DNA of 64,000 nucleotides from Sphingomonadaceae bacterium (GCA_025359685.1 JANYEY010000092.1:99-64098), one strand, 5' to 3'. Positions 47,596 to 58,306 are shown, counted from the stretch's first letter. Notes: generated from the letters alone by a model not told the origin. Program-made: numbers and translations.

Positions 47596-48165
47596 ATGGC
47601 CTTACGCGAAATCCTCGAAGTCCCCGATCCGCGCCTCAAGCAGATCTCCGCGCCTGTCACCGAGTTCGATGACGATCTGCGCGCGCTGGTCGCCGATATG
47701 TTCGAGACGATGTACGAAGCCCCCGGCATCGGCCTCGCTGCGGTGCAGGTCGGCGTGCCGCTGCGCGTGCTGACGATCGATCTTCAGCCCGAGGACGAGG
47801 ACGCCGCGCCTGAGGAATGCACCGCACACGGCGGGCACAGCCACTCGCACCAGCCGCTCAAGAAGGAACCGCGGGTGTTCATCAACCCCGAGATCCTCGA
47901 TCCTTCCGAGGAGCACGCGGTCTATTCCGAGGGCTGCCTGTCGGTCCCCGAAATCTACGCCGACGTCGAACGCCCCGCGCAAATTCGCGCGCGCTGGCAG
48001 GATCTTGACGGCACGGTTCACGAAGAAGCGATCGACGGCCTGCTGGCCACCTGCCTGCAGCACGAGATGGACCACCTCGAAGGCATCCTGTTCATCGACC
48101 ATCTCAGCCGCCTGAAGCGGCAGATGGCGCTCAAGAAGCTCGAAAAGCTGCGCAAGGCGGCGTGA
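47596..48165 (+). CDS. def: Peptide deformylase with acidic/His-rich insertion
   Basis: GIGLAAVQ, EGCLS, QHEMDH. Confidence 0.98.
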   Translation: MALREILEVPDPRLKQISAPVTEFDDDLRALVADMFETMYEAPGIGLAAVQVGVPLRVLTIDLQPEDEDAAPEECTAHGGHSHSHQPLKKEPRVFINPEILDPSEEHAVYSEGCLSVPEIYADVERPAQIRARWQDLDGTVHEEAIDGLLATCLQHEMDHLEGILFIDHLSRLKRQMALKKLEKLRKAA

Positions 48166-48204
48166 CCGATCCAAAACGGCGACAATCAGGTGGCCAGGGC
48201 TGGC

Positions 48205-48227
48205 GTTCTTGCTCCGTTCCGTATAAT
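48205..48227 (+). promoter_or_regulatory. LexA box adjoining the -10 element of rmuC
   Basis: GTTC-TTGCTCC-GTTC (48205-48219) followed by TATAAT (48222-48227). Confidence 0.8.
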
Positions 48228-48235
48228 CTGTTGCC

Positions 48236-49597
48236 ATGTCCGGTAGTCTTGCATCGCTCGTCGTCATTGTATTCGCGCTTGCAGGGGGGCTGGCGCTTGG
48301 CTGGCTGTTCGGGTCGCGGCCAGCTGCAGACCTGCGCACGCGGCTGACTGCAAGCGAGACGGAGGCGCGCGAAAGCGACGCGCAGTTTCGCAAGGCAATC
48401 GCAGAGCTCGGCGAATCACAAATCGAACTGGCAACGCTGAAGGCCAACGCGGCCAATTTCGATGATCAGAAGGCCGGACTGCTCACTGCGCAGGAAAACC
48501 TGAAAGCCGAATTCGCCGCGGCGGGCGCGAAGATCCTCGCCCAGGCGCAGGAAACGCTGCTGAACCGCGCTCAGGAACGGATGACCCAATCCGAAGAAAA
48601 GAGCGCGGAGCGGCTGAAGGCGCTGCTTGCCCCGGTCGACCAGCGGCTCAAGGCTTACGAGGAACAGGTCACCACGCTCGAAAAGCAGCGGGTCGAAGGT
48701 TTCAGCCAGCTTGCCGGGGTGATCGAGGAAGTGCGCAAGGGCCAGGAAGAGGTCCGGCGCGAGGCGGCGCGGCTTGGCAATTCACTCACCAATGCGCCCA
48801 AAGCGCGCGGCCGCTGGGGTGAACGTGCGCTGCAGAACGTGCTAGAACAATGCGGCTTGTCGCAGCATACCGATTTCAATCTGGAACACTCGCTCGATAC
48901 GGAGGACGGCCGTCTGCGCCCCGACGCGATCGTGCGGATTCCGGGTCAGAAGATGCTGGTGATCGACGCCAAGGTGTCGCTCAACGCCTATCAGGCGGCG
49001 TTCGAGGCAGGCGATGATGAGACCCGCAAGCGCAACCTCGATCTCCACGCCCGCTCGATGCGCGGGCACGTCCAGACGCTCGGCGCGAAAAGCTACCAGA
49101 GCCAGTTCGACGAAGCGCCGGACTACGTGGTGATGTTCGTGCCGGGTGAACACTTCGTTGCCGCCGCGCTCGAAAGCGATCCCGACCTGTGGGACTTTGC
49201 ATTCCACAACAAAGTCTTGCTCGCCACGCCTACCAATCTGGTGGCGATTGCCCGGACCGTCGCGATGGTCTGGCAGCAGGATCAGCTGGCGCGCGAAGCG
49301 ATCGAGATCGGCAAGGCCGGGGCGGAATTGTATGACCGGCTGGCAGTCGCTGCCGATCATCTCAAAGGGGTTGGCGCAGGGCTTGACCGCGCGGTCCGCA
49401 AGTACAACGATTTCGTCGGCAGTTTCGAACGCAACGTGCTCACGTCGGGCCGCCGACTAAAGGACAAGGGCATTGCGATCGGCAAGCGCGAGATCGAGGA
49501 AGTGTCCCCGATCGACAGCCTGCCGCGCCATGCCGACGTGGCCGAAACGGGCTTGCTGCTGCACGACAATGCCGGCGAGCCCGAAGCCGCCGAATAG
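48236..49597 (+). CDS. rmuC: DNA recombination protein RmuC
   Basis: N-terminal TM, coiled coil, RGRWGE, RPD...IDAK, VMFVPGE, ATPTNL. Confidence 0.95.
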   Translation: MSGSLASLVVIVFALAGGLALGWLFGSRPAADLRTRLTASETEARESDAQFRKAIAELGESQIELATLKANAANFDDQKAGLLTAQENLKAEFAAAGAKILAQAQETLLNRAQERMTQSEEKSAERLKALLAPVDQRLKAYEEQVTTLEKQRVEGFSQLAGVIEEVRKGQEEVRREAARLGNSLTNAPKARGRWGERALQNVLEQCGLSQHTDFNLEHSLDTEDGRLRPDAIVRIPGQKMLVIDAKVSLNAYQAAFEAGDDETRKRNLDLHARSMRGHVQTLGAKSYQSQFDEAPDYVVMFVPGEHFVAAALESDPDLWDFAFHNKVLLATPTNLVAIARTVAMVWQQDQLAREAIEIGKAGAELYDRLAVAADHLKGVGAGLDRAVRKYNDFVGSFERNVLTSGRRLKDKGIAIGKREIEEVSPIDSLPRHADVAETGLLLHDNAGEPEAAE

Positions 49598-49600
49598 GCC

Positions 49601-50005
49601 TTAACGCTTGCGCACCAACTTGGCCGAATGGCCCGGTGCGGTAAGGGTCAGCGTGTCGCCCTCAACCTTGTATTGCGGGGAAGCTCCCAGCAATTTGCCG
49701 ACTGCGCGCTCTTGTTCCATCACCCCATCGCAAAACATCTGGGTCGAGATGATCGGCCCGACCATCAACCGGTCCGGGGTGATTTGCAGGTTGCTGCCCA
49801 TCCCGTTGCAACCCGCATCGGCGGAGATCGATTGAACCTCAAGGGTGATCGCCGCCCGGCCCGACACCGGCTTCTGGCCATCGATACTGACGAACGACCA
49901 GGTCGTTCCAGCTATTGCTGTTGGGGCTGCACCGGCGGTGGTGCAGGCGGCGAGCAGAGGAAGGGCAACAGTGCCGAGGGCGATCAAAGCGTTGCGTTTG
50001 GTCAT
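49601..50005 (-). CDS. META domain (HslJ-like) lipoprotein
   Basis: Lipobox LAAC; AGCN, STQMFC. Confidence 0.87.
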   Translation of the reverse strand: MTKRNALIALGTVALPLLAACTTAGAAPTAIAGTTWSFVSIDGQKPVSGRAAITLEVQSISADAGCNGMGSNLQITPDRLMVGPIISTQMFCDGVMEQERAVGKLLGASPQYKVEGDTLTLTAPGHSAKLVRKR

Positions 50006-50050
50006 GCCGGGCAACCTGCCACGCACCACCTGATTGCCGCCTGAACGGCG

Positions 50051-50854
50051 CTAATCCAGCGCGGCGAGCGCTTCGTAAGCCAGCACAGCACCCGCGACCG
50101 CCGCGTTGAGGCTGTCGGCGCGGCCCTTCATCGGCATAGTCACGCGCAGGTCGCAGGCCGCTTCGCAATCCTCGGGCAGCCCGCGCGATTCGTTACCCAC
50201 CAGCAGGAAGCACGGCGAAGCATACGGCGCAGCACGGTAAGGAACGGCATCGCGCAGGCTGGCCGCCACCAACTGGCCAGCACCGCTGCGCAGCCACGGC
50301 AGGAATTCCTCCCAGCGGGCTTGCGCAATGCCTTGGGTAAACACGGCACCCATGCTGGCGCGCACCGCCTCGACCGAGAATGGATCCGCGCAGTCATCGA
50401 TCAGGATCAGCCCGCCCGCGCCCACCGCATCGCCCGTGCGCAGCATCGTGCCCAGATTGCCCGGATCGCGCAGGGCCTGCGCGACCAACCAGATCTTCGC
50501 GCTGTTCCGGTCAAGCGCGGTGAGCGAGGTATCGAATTCGGCAAAGACCCCGGCCACCGCCTGCGGATTGTCCTTGCCGGTGACTTTGCTGAGCAGGTCA
50601 GCGCCCATTTCCAGTACTTCACCACCTGCCGTCAGAACATCGTCCTCAAGCGCTTCGAGCAACGGATGAGGGTCGCGGCCCGTGGCCATGACCAGCACTT
50701 CCGGCAGCCGCCCGCTGGCTCGCGCATCGGTCAGCAAGCGCAGCCCTTCGGCCAGGAACTTGCCCGAAGCCTTGCGATGCTTCTTTTCACGCAAGCTGCG
50801 CAGAAATTTGACTGTGGGGTTGGAAAATCCGGTGATCAGGCGGCGCTGCGGCAT
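50051..50854 (-). CDS. TrmH/SpoU family RNA methyltransferase
   Basis: DPGNLG, VRASMG, GNESRG, SLNAAVA. Confidence 0.93.
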   Translation of the reverse strand: MPQRRLITGFSNPTVKFLRSLREKKHRKASGKFLAEGLRLLTDARASGRLPEVLVMATGRDPHPLLEALEDDVLTAGGEVLEMGADLLSKVTGKDNPQAVAGVFAEFDTSLTALDRNSAKIWLVAQALRDPGNLGTMLRTGDAVGAGGLILIDDCADPFSVEAVRASMGAVFTQGIAQARWEEFLPWLRSGAGQLVAASLRDAVPYRAAPYASPCFLLVGNESRGLPEDCEAACDLRVTMPMKGRADSLNAAVAGAVLAYEALAALD

Positions 50855-51132
50855 CAATCTTCGCCGAAGCCGTCCTTGACCAGGCCGACCAGCTTGAGCA
50901 GCGCCAGATCCGCACCTTCACCTTCAACGATGATATCGATGGTATCGCCCTTGGCCGCGCCGAGCATCATCAGACCGAGGATCGAGGCACCTTCGGCGTC
51001 GTTGCCGTCCTTTTCAACCTTCACCCGCAGCCCATCGCCCAGCTTGGCGACCGCATTGACGAACTTGGCGCTGGCGCGCGCGTGCAGGCCCCGGTTGTTG
51101 ACGATTTCGACAGTTTCCCGGTGTTCGCTCAT
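50854..51132 (-). CDS. ptsH: HPr family phosphocarrier
   Basis: GLHARAS, SILGLMML. Confidence 0.93.
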   Translation of the reverse strand: MSEHRETVEIVNNRGLHARASAKFVNAVAKLGDGLRVKVEKDGNDAEGASILGLMMLGAAKGDTIDIIVEGEGADLALLKLVGLVKDGFGED

Positions 51133-51157
51133 TGCACCCCCAAATATGCAGCCCGTG

Positions 51158-51562
51158 TCAGGCGTCCTGGCCCAGGAATTCCGATGCGATCGTGATGTAA
51201 TTGCGCCCGGCATCGCGCGCGGCGATCACGGCCTTGCCCAGCGGCATCGAGCCGCGCGCTTTGGCGAGGCGGATTAGCATCGGCAAATTGATCCCGGCGA
51301 TAACCTCGACTTTGTCCTTCTGCATCAGCGAGATCGCGAGGTTCGATGGGGTGCCACCGAACAGGTCGGTCAGGATGATCACGCCGGCGCCGCTGTTAAC
51401 GCGCTCCACAGCCCTGCCGATGTCGGCGCGGCGCTGCTCCATGTTGTCCTCAGGGCCGATGCTTATCGCGACCACGGCTTCCTGCTTGCCGACGACGTGA
51501 GTCATCGCGGCGACGAATTCGTCTGCCAGCTTGCCGTGCGTAACCAGGATAAGGCCGATCAT
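51158..51562 (-). CDS. PTS EIIA mannose-family protein
   Basis: LVTHG, DLFGGTPSN, GINLPM. Confidence 0.93.
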   Translation of the reverse strand: MIGLILVTHGKLADEFVAAMTHVVGKQEAVVAISIGPEDNMEQRRADIGRAVERVNSGAGVIILTDLFGGTPSNLAISLMQKDKVEVIAGINLPMLIRLAKARGSMPLGKAVIAARDAGRNYITIASEFLGQDA

Positions 51563-51644
51563 GTCCGGATATTGCTCCATCCCCGCAGGCAGGCGACTCG
51601 CGTCTGGCGGTGGCGCCGGGCCATGACGACTGCGGGCATCGCGG

Positions 51645-52577
51645 TCAATCCCTTCCGTGGGCCGGGTCGGGCCTGCCCTCGATCAGATCGGCCGCGCGGG
51701 CCGACAGGTTGCGGTGGAGGACGCCGGGATTGTAGCCAGCTTCGGTCAGCGCTGCAGCAAGCTGTTCGGCGGCAAAGACCGAACGATGTCGCCCGCCGGT
51801 GCAGCCAAAGGCAATGTTAACGTAAGCCTTGCCCTGCGCCTGGTAGCGCGGCAGCAGCAGCAGCACGAGATCGCGGAACCGTGCAAAGGCCTCGTGCCAC
51901 GCCGGGTCCTGGCGAATATGGTTTGCCACTGCTGGATCGTGCCCGGTCTGAGGGCGCAACGCCGGGTCCCAGTGGGGATTGTCGAGGAAGCGCATGTCGA
52001 ACACCAGATCGGCAATCGGCGGCATCCCGCGGGCAAAACCAAAGCTGCTGACCGATACAGTCATGCCCTGCGCGGTGCTTTCGCCAAAGCGTTCGCGGAT
52101 CGCCTGTTGCAGGTCGTTGCTGGTAAACTGGGTGGTCGAGATGACCAGATCGGCCCACCGCCGCAGAGGTTCCATCACTTCGCGCTCGGCCGATATGCCG
52201 CTGGCGGCGGGCAGGTCCTGCGCCAGCGGATGGCGCCGGCGCGTTTCGTTGTAGCGCCGTTCAAGTTCGGACCCGGCGCAGTCGAGGAACAGCGTGGTGA
52301 TCTCAAGGTCGGGACGGTCGGCCAGCTTCTTGACCAGACCGATAACCTTGTTGGGATCGAAGCCGCGGGTGCGCGAATCAAAGCCGATGGCGAGCGGCGT
52401 ATCCGCTGCCGGCGCATCGGCGCTATCGATCAGGCGGCCGAGCAAGCGGACAGGGAAATTATCGATCACTTCCCAGCCCAGGTCCTCGAGCACCTTGAGC
52501 GCGGTCGTCTTGCCCGCACCGAGTAGGCCGGTGACAAGCAGCAGGCGTTGCGGGGCCGAGGTTGGTGATTCTGCCAT
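51645..52577 (-). CDS. rapZ: RNase adapter RapZ-like nucleotide-binding protein
   Basis: GLLGAGKT, DNFP, ETRRRHPL, GCTGGRHRSV. Confidence 0.93.
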   Translation of the reverse strand: MAESPTSAPQRLLLVTGLLGAGKTTALKVLEDLGWEVIDNFPVRLLGRLIDSADAPAADTPLAIGFDSRTRGFDPNKVIGLVKKLADRPDLEITTLFLDCAGSELERRYNETRRRHPLAQDLPAASGISAEREVMEPLRRWADLVISTTQFTSNDLQQAIRERFGESTAQGMTVSVSSFGFARGMPPIADLVFDMRFLDNPHWDPALRPQTGHDPAVANHIRQDPAWHEAFARFRDLVLLLLPRYQAQGKAYVNIAFGCTGGRHRSVFAAEQLAAALTEAGYNPGVLHRNLSARAADLIEGRPDPAHGRD

Positions 52578-52657
52578 CTGGGAATGCCATAGATGGCGCT
52601 GGATGAGCGCAATGTGAAGAGCGCGGCGGATGACTGTCCCCCAAGCCGAAGGCGCGG

Positions 52658-53080
52658 TCAGCTCAATCCGTATGTACGCAGTGCCAGTTCGGCCTTTACC
52701 GCAAGCAGCGGCGTATCGGGCCACAGCCGGATCAGCGGAAGTCGCACGTCGCACATCACGACTGTGTCCGGTGAATCGATGAAGCGCTCTGCTGCGGCAT
52801 CGAGGCGCACGGCTAACGCGACGGGCACATGCGCGGTGGTCGGAAAAGTAAGGAGCCCCAGATTTCGCACTTCGACCAGTCCGGCAATATTCGGCGGAGG
52901 TGATGCGTAAAGCTGACCATCCTTCGCCTCCAGGTGCACGCCATCGTCGCCGATCAGGACTGCGCCGCGATCGATCAGCGCCAAGGCAAGGTTCGACTTG
53001 CCCGATCCGGGCGGCCCCTCGATCAGCAGCGCGCGGCCATCGATCGCGACGCAACTGGCCTGAACCAGCGCGGAGTTCAT
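52658..53080 (-). CDS. hprK: HPr kinase/phosphorylase, short alphaproteobacterial form
   Basis: GPPGSGKS, IGDD, EVRNLG. Confidence 0.88.
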   Translation of the reverse strand: MNSALVQASCVAIDGRALLIEGPPGSGKSNLALALIDRGAVLIGDDGVHLEAKDGQLYASPPPNIAGLVEVRNLGLLTFPTTAHVPVALAVRLDAAAERFIDSPDTVVMCDVRLPLIRLWPDTPLLAVKAELALRTYGLS

Positions 53081-54651
53081 CCATCGTCCTCTTCGATGGT
53101 CGGCAACTCGAGCACCAGGCAAGCACCGGGCTTGCCATCGGGCCGGTCGGTCGCAATCAGCGAGCCGTCGTGGGCCACGGCAATGGTTCGCGCGATGGCC
53201 AAACCCAGTCCCGAATGGTTGCCGAATTGCTCGCTCTCGGGCCGCAGCGAATGGAACCGGTCAAAGATCTTCTCGCGGGCTTCGGGCGGGATACCCGGGC
53301 CGTCATCGGTCACGGTCAGCTCGACATGCTCGGGATGCCGCGTCACTTCCATGACCACGGAGCCGCCGGGCGGCGAGAATGAGCAGGCATTGTCGAGCAG
53401 GTTGACGAGCACACGTTCCAGCCGCGCCGCATCGCCCGGAACAATCCACGGTCCGGCATCCTGTGGCTCGACCCGCACTTCGCACGCGGCCGCATCGCCG
53501 CGCTCGGCCCGGGCTCTGACGAGCGCTTCGGCCAGCGTCATGAGGTCGATCTCGTCGAACTGGGTTCGGCTGAGCTCGGCATCAATCCGGCTGGCTTCTG
53601 CAATGTCGGTCACCAGCCGGTCGATCCGCTGGACATCGTGCGCGGCGATTTTGGTCAATTCATCGCGGAGCCCTTCATCCTTGACCTTGTCGAGGCTTTC
53701 AAGCGCGCTGCGCAAGCTGGCGAGCGGGTTCTTGATCTCGTGCGCAACGTCTGCGGCAAAGGTCTCGACCGCGTCGATCCGGTTGCGCAGCGCGCCGGTC
53801 ATGTCGGACAGGGCGCGCGCGAGCAGGCCGATCTCGTCGCGCCGGTCGGGCAGACGCGGAACCTCGACTGCGCGGTCACGGCCCAGCCGGACGCGGACCG
53901 CGGCGCGGACCAACGCGCGCAGCGGCTTGACGATCGTGCGCGCGAGAAACAGCGAAAGCTGGATCGAGATCAGAAATGTCACCGCCAGTACGATCGCCAG
54001 TGTCTGGCGGGCATCGCGCACTGACTGGGTGATGTCGGGGGCGTTGCGGGTGGTCAGCAGCAGATGCCCGGTGTTGCCTACCGGTGTGGCGGCGGTGATC
54101 ACCGGGCTCTCATCTGGCGCCGCGCGCTCTGTGACGATCGTCCCGTGCGCGCGGCTGGCATCGGCAAGTTCGGGCCAATTGGTCGCGGCATCCACCGCGG
54201 GTTCTCGGTAATACGGGATCGGCTCTGAACCCAGAACCCAATTCATCGAACGGTCGAGCTGCCGCGCCACGTTGAGGTACCAGGGATCGTCCGCAGGATC
54301 GTTGAGCACAAAACTTGGCTTGGCCACCTGGAAGCTGTCGAGCAGCAACCTGCCGTCCGGCTGGTAAAGCCGCAGGCGCAAGCGCTGATCGGTCCCGATT
54401 TGCCCAAGGATTGCGGCGCGATCTCGCGGCGTGGCGGCAGCGAGGCCAGCGGCGGCAATCTGCGCTTCGGCAGTGGCCAGCTTGAACCGTTCGCCAACCA
54501 GCTGCTTGCGGTAGGAATCGAGGTAAAACAGGCTGCCCGCCATCAGCCCCAGCGCGATGATGTTGACCGCCAGGATCCGCGCCGTGAGCGAAGTCCGCCG
54601 CGTCCAGTAAAGCCGCCGCTGGCGGACCGGCAGTTGCTCGCTGTCAGGCAT
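53077..54651 (-). CDS. chvG: Sensor histidine kinase ChvG/ExoS
   Basis: [28 protein letters not shown]; synteny with pckA and hprK. Confidence 0.92.
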   Translation of the reverse strand: MPDSEQLPVRQRRLYWTRRTSLTARILAVNIIALGLMAGSLFYLDSYRKQLVGERFKLATAEAQIAAAGLAAATPRDRAAILGQIGTDQRLRLRLYQPDGRLLLDSFQVAKPSFVLNDPADDPWYLNVARQLDRSMNWVLGSEPIPYYREPAVDAATNWPELADASRAHGTIVTERAAPDESPVITAATPVGNTGHLLLTTRNAPDITQSVRDARQTLAIVLAVTFLISIQLSLFLARTIVKPLRALVRAAVRVRLGRDRAVEVPRLPDRRDEIGLLARALSDMTGALRNRIDAVETFAADVAHEIKNPLASLRSALESLDKVKDEGLRDELTKIAAHDVQRIDRLVTDIAEASRIDAELSRTQFDEIDLMTLAEALVRARAERGDAAACEVRVEPQDAGPWIVPGDAARLERVLVNLLDNACSFSPPGGSVVMEVTRHPEHVELTVTDDGPGIPPEAREKIFDRFHSLRPESEQFGNHSGLGLAIARTIAVAHDGSLIATDRPDGKPGACLVLELPTIEEDDG

Positions 54652-55390
54652 CGGTGAACGAATAGCCGGCGCCGTAAAGCGTTTCGATGGCCGAGAATTG
54701 CGGGTCGATCGCCCTGAACTTGCGGCGCAAGCGCTTGATGTGGCTGTCGATGGTGCGGTCGTCGACGAAAACGTCGTCCGAATAGGCCGCGTCCATCAAC
54801 TGGTTGCGGTTTTTGATCACGCCGGGACGCAGCGCGAGTGCTTCAAGCAGCAGGAACTCGGTGACGGTCAGCGAAACCGGTTTGTCCTGCCAGGTGACCT
54901 GGTGCCGCGATGGGTCCATTTCGAGCCGGCCGCGAGTCAGGCGGTCGGCTGGGAGTTCCTCGGCCTCGGCCACCGCATCGCTCCGCGCAAGCTCGCTGCG
55001 GCGCAGGATCGCACGAATGCGGGCGACGAGCAGGCGCTGGCTGAACGGCTTGGTGATATAGTCGTCTGCGCCCAGCGCCAGGCCCAGCGCCTCGTCCGGT
55101 TCCTCATCCTTGCTGGTCAGGAAGATGACCGGCAATGCGCTTTTCTCGCGCAGCTTTTGCAGCAGCTGCAGACCGTCCATGCTCGGCATCTTGATATCGC
55201 ACACCGCCAGGTCAGGTGGGTTGTCCAGCAACGCCTTCAGCGCCACCACCCCGTCGGAATAGACCCGGGTGATAAACCCCTCGGCCTGCAGCCCGATCGA
55301 AACCGTGGTCAGGATGTTGCGGTCGTCGTCGACCAGCGCGATCACTTGCGGCGCGGCGCCCTGCGGGGATATTGAAGGACTGTCGGCCAT
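54644..55390 (-). CDS. chvI: Response regulator ChvI
   Basis: [33 protein letters not shown]. Confidence 0.94.
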   Translation of the reverse strand: MADSPSISPQGAAPQVIALVDDDRNILTTVSIGLQAEGFITRVYSDGVVALKALLDNPPDLAVCDIKMPSMDGLQLLQKLREKSALPVIFLTSKDEEPDEALGLALGADDYITKPFSQRLLVARIRAILRRSELARSDAVAEAEELPADRLTRGRLEMDPSRHQVTWQDKPVSLTVTEFLLLEALALRPGVIKNRNQLMDAAYSDDVFVDDRTIDSHIKRLRRKFRAIDPQFSAIETLYGAGYSFTDA

Positions 55391-55637
55391 GGTGCTGCGC
55401 TTCGCGGTTTGGTGCCAGACTGACGGGACCACGGGGTTACCCCGGATCATCAGACAGCGCAATCTTGCCTGACTTGCTAACTATTATGTTGATTTCACAA
55501 TAGAAAACATTGCGCGCGAGCATATTTGACGGAATCACCCGTAGCGACTATGCGCGCCGAAGACGTCCGGCGCATTCGTATGCGGGGACAGGCTGGCTGC
55601 GCTCATGCGTGGCAGCTTCATACTGACGGAGATTGCT

Positions 55638-57239
55638 TTGACCGCTTCGCTCACCCATTCGCTCGCCGCTCAGGGCATCGAAACTTCGGCAACGGTGTTC
55701 GCCAATCTCGGCACCGCGCCGCTGGTTGAGCACGCGCTGAAGCGGGGCGAAGGCAAGCTGACCAAGGACGGCGCACTGCTGGTCGATACCGGCAAGTTCA
55801 CCGGGCGCAGCGTGAAGGACAAATTCGTGGTCCGCGATGCGGTGACTGAAGAGCCGATCAACTGGGGCCCGATCAACCAGCCGATGACGGTTGAGCACTG
55901 GGCTAACTTGAAGGCCGATTTCCTCGCCGCGGTTAAGGATCACAGCGAGCTCTACGTGGCCGACCTGTTCGGCGGCAGCCAGCCCCAATACCGCGTCAAC
56001 GTGCGCGTGATCACCGAAATGGCCTGGCACAGCCTGTTCGTTCGCACTTTGCTGGTGCGGCCGACGGCGGAAGAGCTCGCCAGTTTCGCGCCCGAATACA
56101 CGATCATCAACCTGCCCAGCTTCAAGTCCAATCCGGAGCGCCACGGCTGCCGCAGCGATACCGTGATCGCGGTCAACTTCACAGAAAAGCTGATCCTGAT
56201 CGGCAACACCGAATATTCGGGCGAGATGAAGAAAGGCGTGTTCGGGCTGCTGAACTTCCTGCTCCCGGCGCAGGGCGTGATGCCGATGCATTGTTCAGCT
56301 AACATCGGTGCCGACGGCACCAGCGCGATCTTCTTCGGCCTGTCGGGCACCGGCAAGACCACGCTTTCAGCCGACGCCAGCCGCACGCTGATTGGCGATG
56401 ATGAGCACGGCTGGTCGGACCAGGCAGTCTTCAACTTCGAAGGCGGCTGTTACGCCAAAATGATAAACCTCTCGGCTGAAGGCGAGCCCGAGATTTACGC
56501 GACCACCAAGATGTTCGGCACGATCCTGGAAAACGTGACGATCGACGAGGACACGCGCGAGCTCGACTTCACCGGCGCGAGCAAGACCGAGAACACCCGC
56601 GGTGCCTATCCGATCGAGTTCATCCCGAACACCAGCGAAAAAAACCTCGGCCCGGCACCGTCGAACGTGATCATGCTGACCGCCGATGCTTTTGGCGTGC
56701 TGCCCCCGATCGCCCGGCTGACCGCCGACCAAGCGATGTACTACTTCCTCTCGGGCTACACCGCTAAAGTGGCCGGCACCGAGATCGGCGTGACTGAACC
56801 TGAAGCTACTTTCTCGACCTGCTTCGGCGCCGCCTTCATGCCGCGCCATCCCAGTGTCTACGGGAACTTGCTGAAGAAGCGCATCGCCGAAGGCGGGGCG
56901 CAGTGCTGGCTGGTCAACACCGGCTGGTCCGGCGGGCGTGCGACCGATCCCGGCATCAACCGCATGCCGATCAAGGCGACCCGCGCGCTGCTTAACGCCG
57001 CGCTCGACGGCAGCCTCAACAACGCAGAATTCCGCAAAGACCCGAACTTCGGTTTCGAAGTGCCGGTGGCCGTACCCGGCGTCGACAGCAAGCTGCTCGA
57101 TCCGCGCGGTGCCTGGGCCGATCCGCAAGCTTACGATCAAACCGCGCAAGAGCTGGTCAGCAAGTTTGTCGAGAACTTCGCCCAGTTCGATGCCTACGTC
57201 GATGAAGGCGTGCGGCAATCGGCTCCCAAGGCCGCCTGA
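55638..57239 (+). CDS. pckA: Phosphoenolpyruvate carboxykinase (ATP)
   Basis: [28 protein letters not shown]; TTG start after GGAG. Confidence 0.98.
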   Translation: MTASLTHSLAAQGIETSATVFANLGTAPLVEHALKRGEGKLTKDGALLVDTGKFTGRSVKDKFVVRDAVTEEPINWGPINQPMTVEHWANLKADFLAAVKDHSELYVADLFGGSQPQYRVNVRVITEMAWHSLFVRTLLVRPTAEELASFAPEYTIINLPSFKSNPERHGCRSDTVIAVNFTEKLILIGNTEYSGEMKKGVFGLLNFLLPAQGVMPMHCSANIGADGTSAIFFGLSGTGKTTLSADASRTLIGDDEHGWSDQAVFNFEGGCYAKMINLSAEGEPEIYATTKMFGTILENVTIDEDTRELDFTGASKTENTRGAYPIEFIPNTSEKNLGPAPSNVIMLTADAFGVLPPIARLTADQAMYYFLSGYTAKVAGTEIGVTEPEATFSTCFGAAFMPRHPSVYGNLLKKRIAEGGAQCWLVNTGWSGGRATDPGINRMPIKATRALLNAALDGSLNNAEFRKDPNFGFEVPVAVPGVDSKLLDPRGAWADPQAYDQTAQELVSKFVENFAQFDAYVDEGVRQSAPKAA

Positions 57240-57285
57240 AAGCCCGGATAAAGCTCCGGGAGACATAAATCCCGGAGTTGTTCCA

Positions 57286-57726
57286 ATGACTGAGTTTTCG
57301 GCCCGCCCCTTTGCCAGCGCAGCGGCCATCCGCCATGTGGGGGAGGGCCTCCTTGCGCGCACCTTGCCCAAGGCCGAGTGGACGCATGAGGCACACTTGG
57401 CCGCCTGCACCTGGTTCCTGATGGAACGCACAGACATTCTTCCGGAAGAAGAGCTCCCCGCTATCATCCGCAGTTACAACGAGGCGGTCGGCGGGGTGAA
57501 TGACGATACCCAAGGCTATCACGAGACACTGACCCAGCTCTACATCCGTGGGGTGCGGCACTTCCTCGCTGGCGCGCGCCCGGCGGACCTGCTCGGCGCG
57601 GTCAATGCTTTGCTTACGAGCCCGCTGGCGGAACGGAACTGGCCATTGAAGCATTATTCGCGTGAGACGCTATTTTCGGTGGCAGCGCGGCGCGAGTGGG
57701 TCGCGCCCGATATTGCCCCGATTTAA
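57286..57726 (+). CDS. Conserved hypothetical protein
   Basis: WTHEAHL, GYHETLT, YSRETLFS...WVAPD; coding-like codon usage. Confidence 0.8.
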   Translation: MTEFSARPFASAAAIRHVGEGLLARTLPKAEWTHEAHLAACTWFLMERTDILPEEELPAIIRSYNEAVGGVNDDTQGYHETLTQLYIRGVRHFLAGARPADLLGAVNALLTSPLAERNWPLKHYSRETLFSVAARREWVAPDIAPI

Positions 57727-57787
57727 CTTCCCACGCCCCGCTGCGGGGCTTAGATTGGCGCTTTCTGCACTCAGGAGTTTTCATAGC

Positions 57788-58147
57788 ATGGGTATTTTCG
57801 ACAGCATCATGGGCCAGGTCAGCGAGCACGCCGACGTCGGCAACCTTGCGAGCAAGCTCGGTATTTCGCCCGACATGGCCGAAAAGGCAATCGCTGCGCT
57901 GGGTCAGAGCCATGAGGAACCCGGCGACACGATCCAGGGCGCTGCGGCCAAGACCGGGCTCGACGCGGGCGTGCTGAGCCAGATCGTCGATCAGATCGGC
58001 GGCGAAGGTTCGCTGGGCCAGTACGCCCAGATGCTCAAGGACAGCCCGATGGCCTCGGGCCTGCTCGGCAGCCTCGACAAGGACGGCGACGGCAACCCGC
58101 TCAACGATCTTGCCGGCATGGCAGCTGGGCTGTTCGGCAAGAAGTAG
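57788..58147 (+). CDS. Small Gly-rich hypothetical protein (DUF937/YidB-like) with DxDxDG motif
   Basis: AGGAG RBS; MGIFDSIMG...LDKDGDGNPLNDL...GLFGKK. Confidence 0.82.
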   Translation: MGIFDSIMGQVSEHADVGNLASKLGISPDMAEKAIAALGQSHEEPGDTIQGAAAKTGLDAGVLSQIVDQIGGEGSLGQYAQMLKDSPMASGLLGSLDKDGDGNPLNDLAGMAAGLFGKK

Positions 58148-58164
58148 CCTTCAGCCGCAAATAC

Positions 58165-58204
58165 AAAAAGGGCCGTGACGCGAGGTGCGTCACGGCCCTT
58201 TTTT
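58165..58204. terminator. Bidirectional Rho-independent terminator
   Basis: AAAAAGGGCCGTGACGC...GCGTCACGGCCCTTTTT. Confidence 0.9.
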
Positions 58205-58306
58205 GCAGGTTTGGGCACTATGCTCAGCCGCGCAGTTCGGCCGTGGTCATGCCGCTGTTGCCGGCGAGCACTGTACCCGTTGCTACGGCCAGTTGCACAT
58301 CCAATT

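Noticed and set aside
52578-53156. Apparent 503-aa RapZ fusion
   Set aside because: The upstream part is an off-frame overlap of hprK; RapZ begins at 52577
50051-57239. chvIG-hprK-rapZ-EIIA-HPr / pckA cluster as a novel system
   Set aside because: Well-known conserved alphaproteobacterial locus
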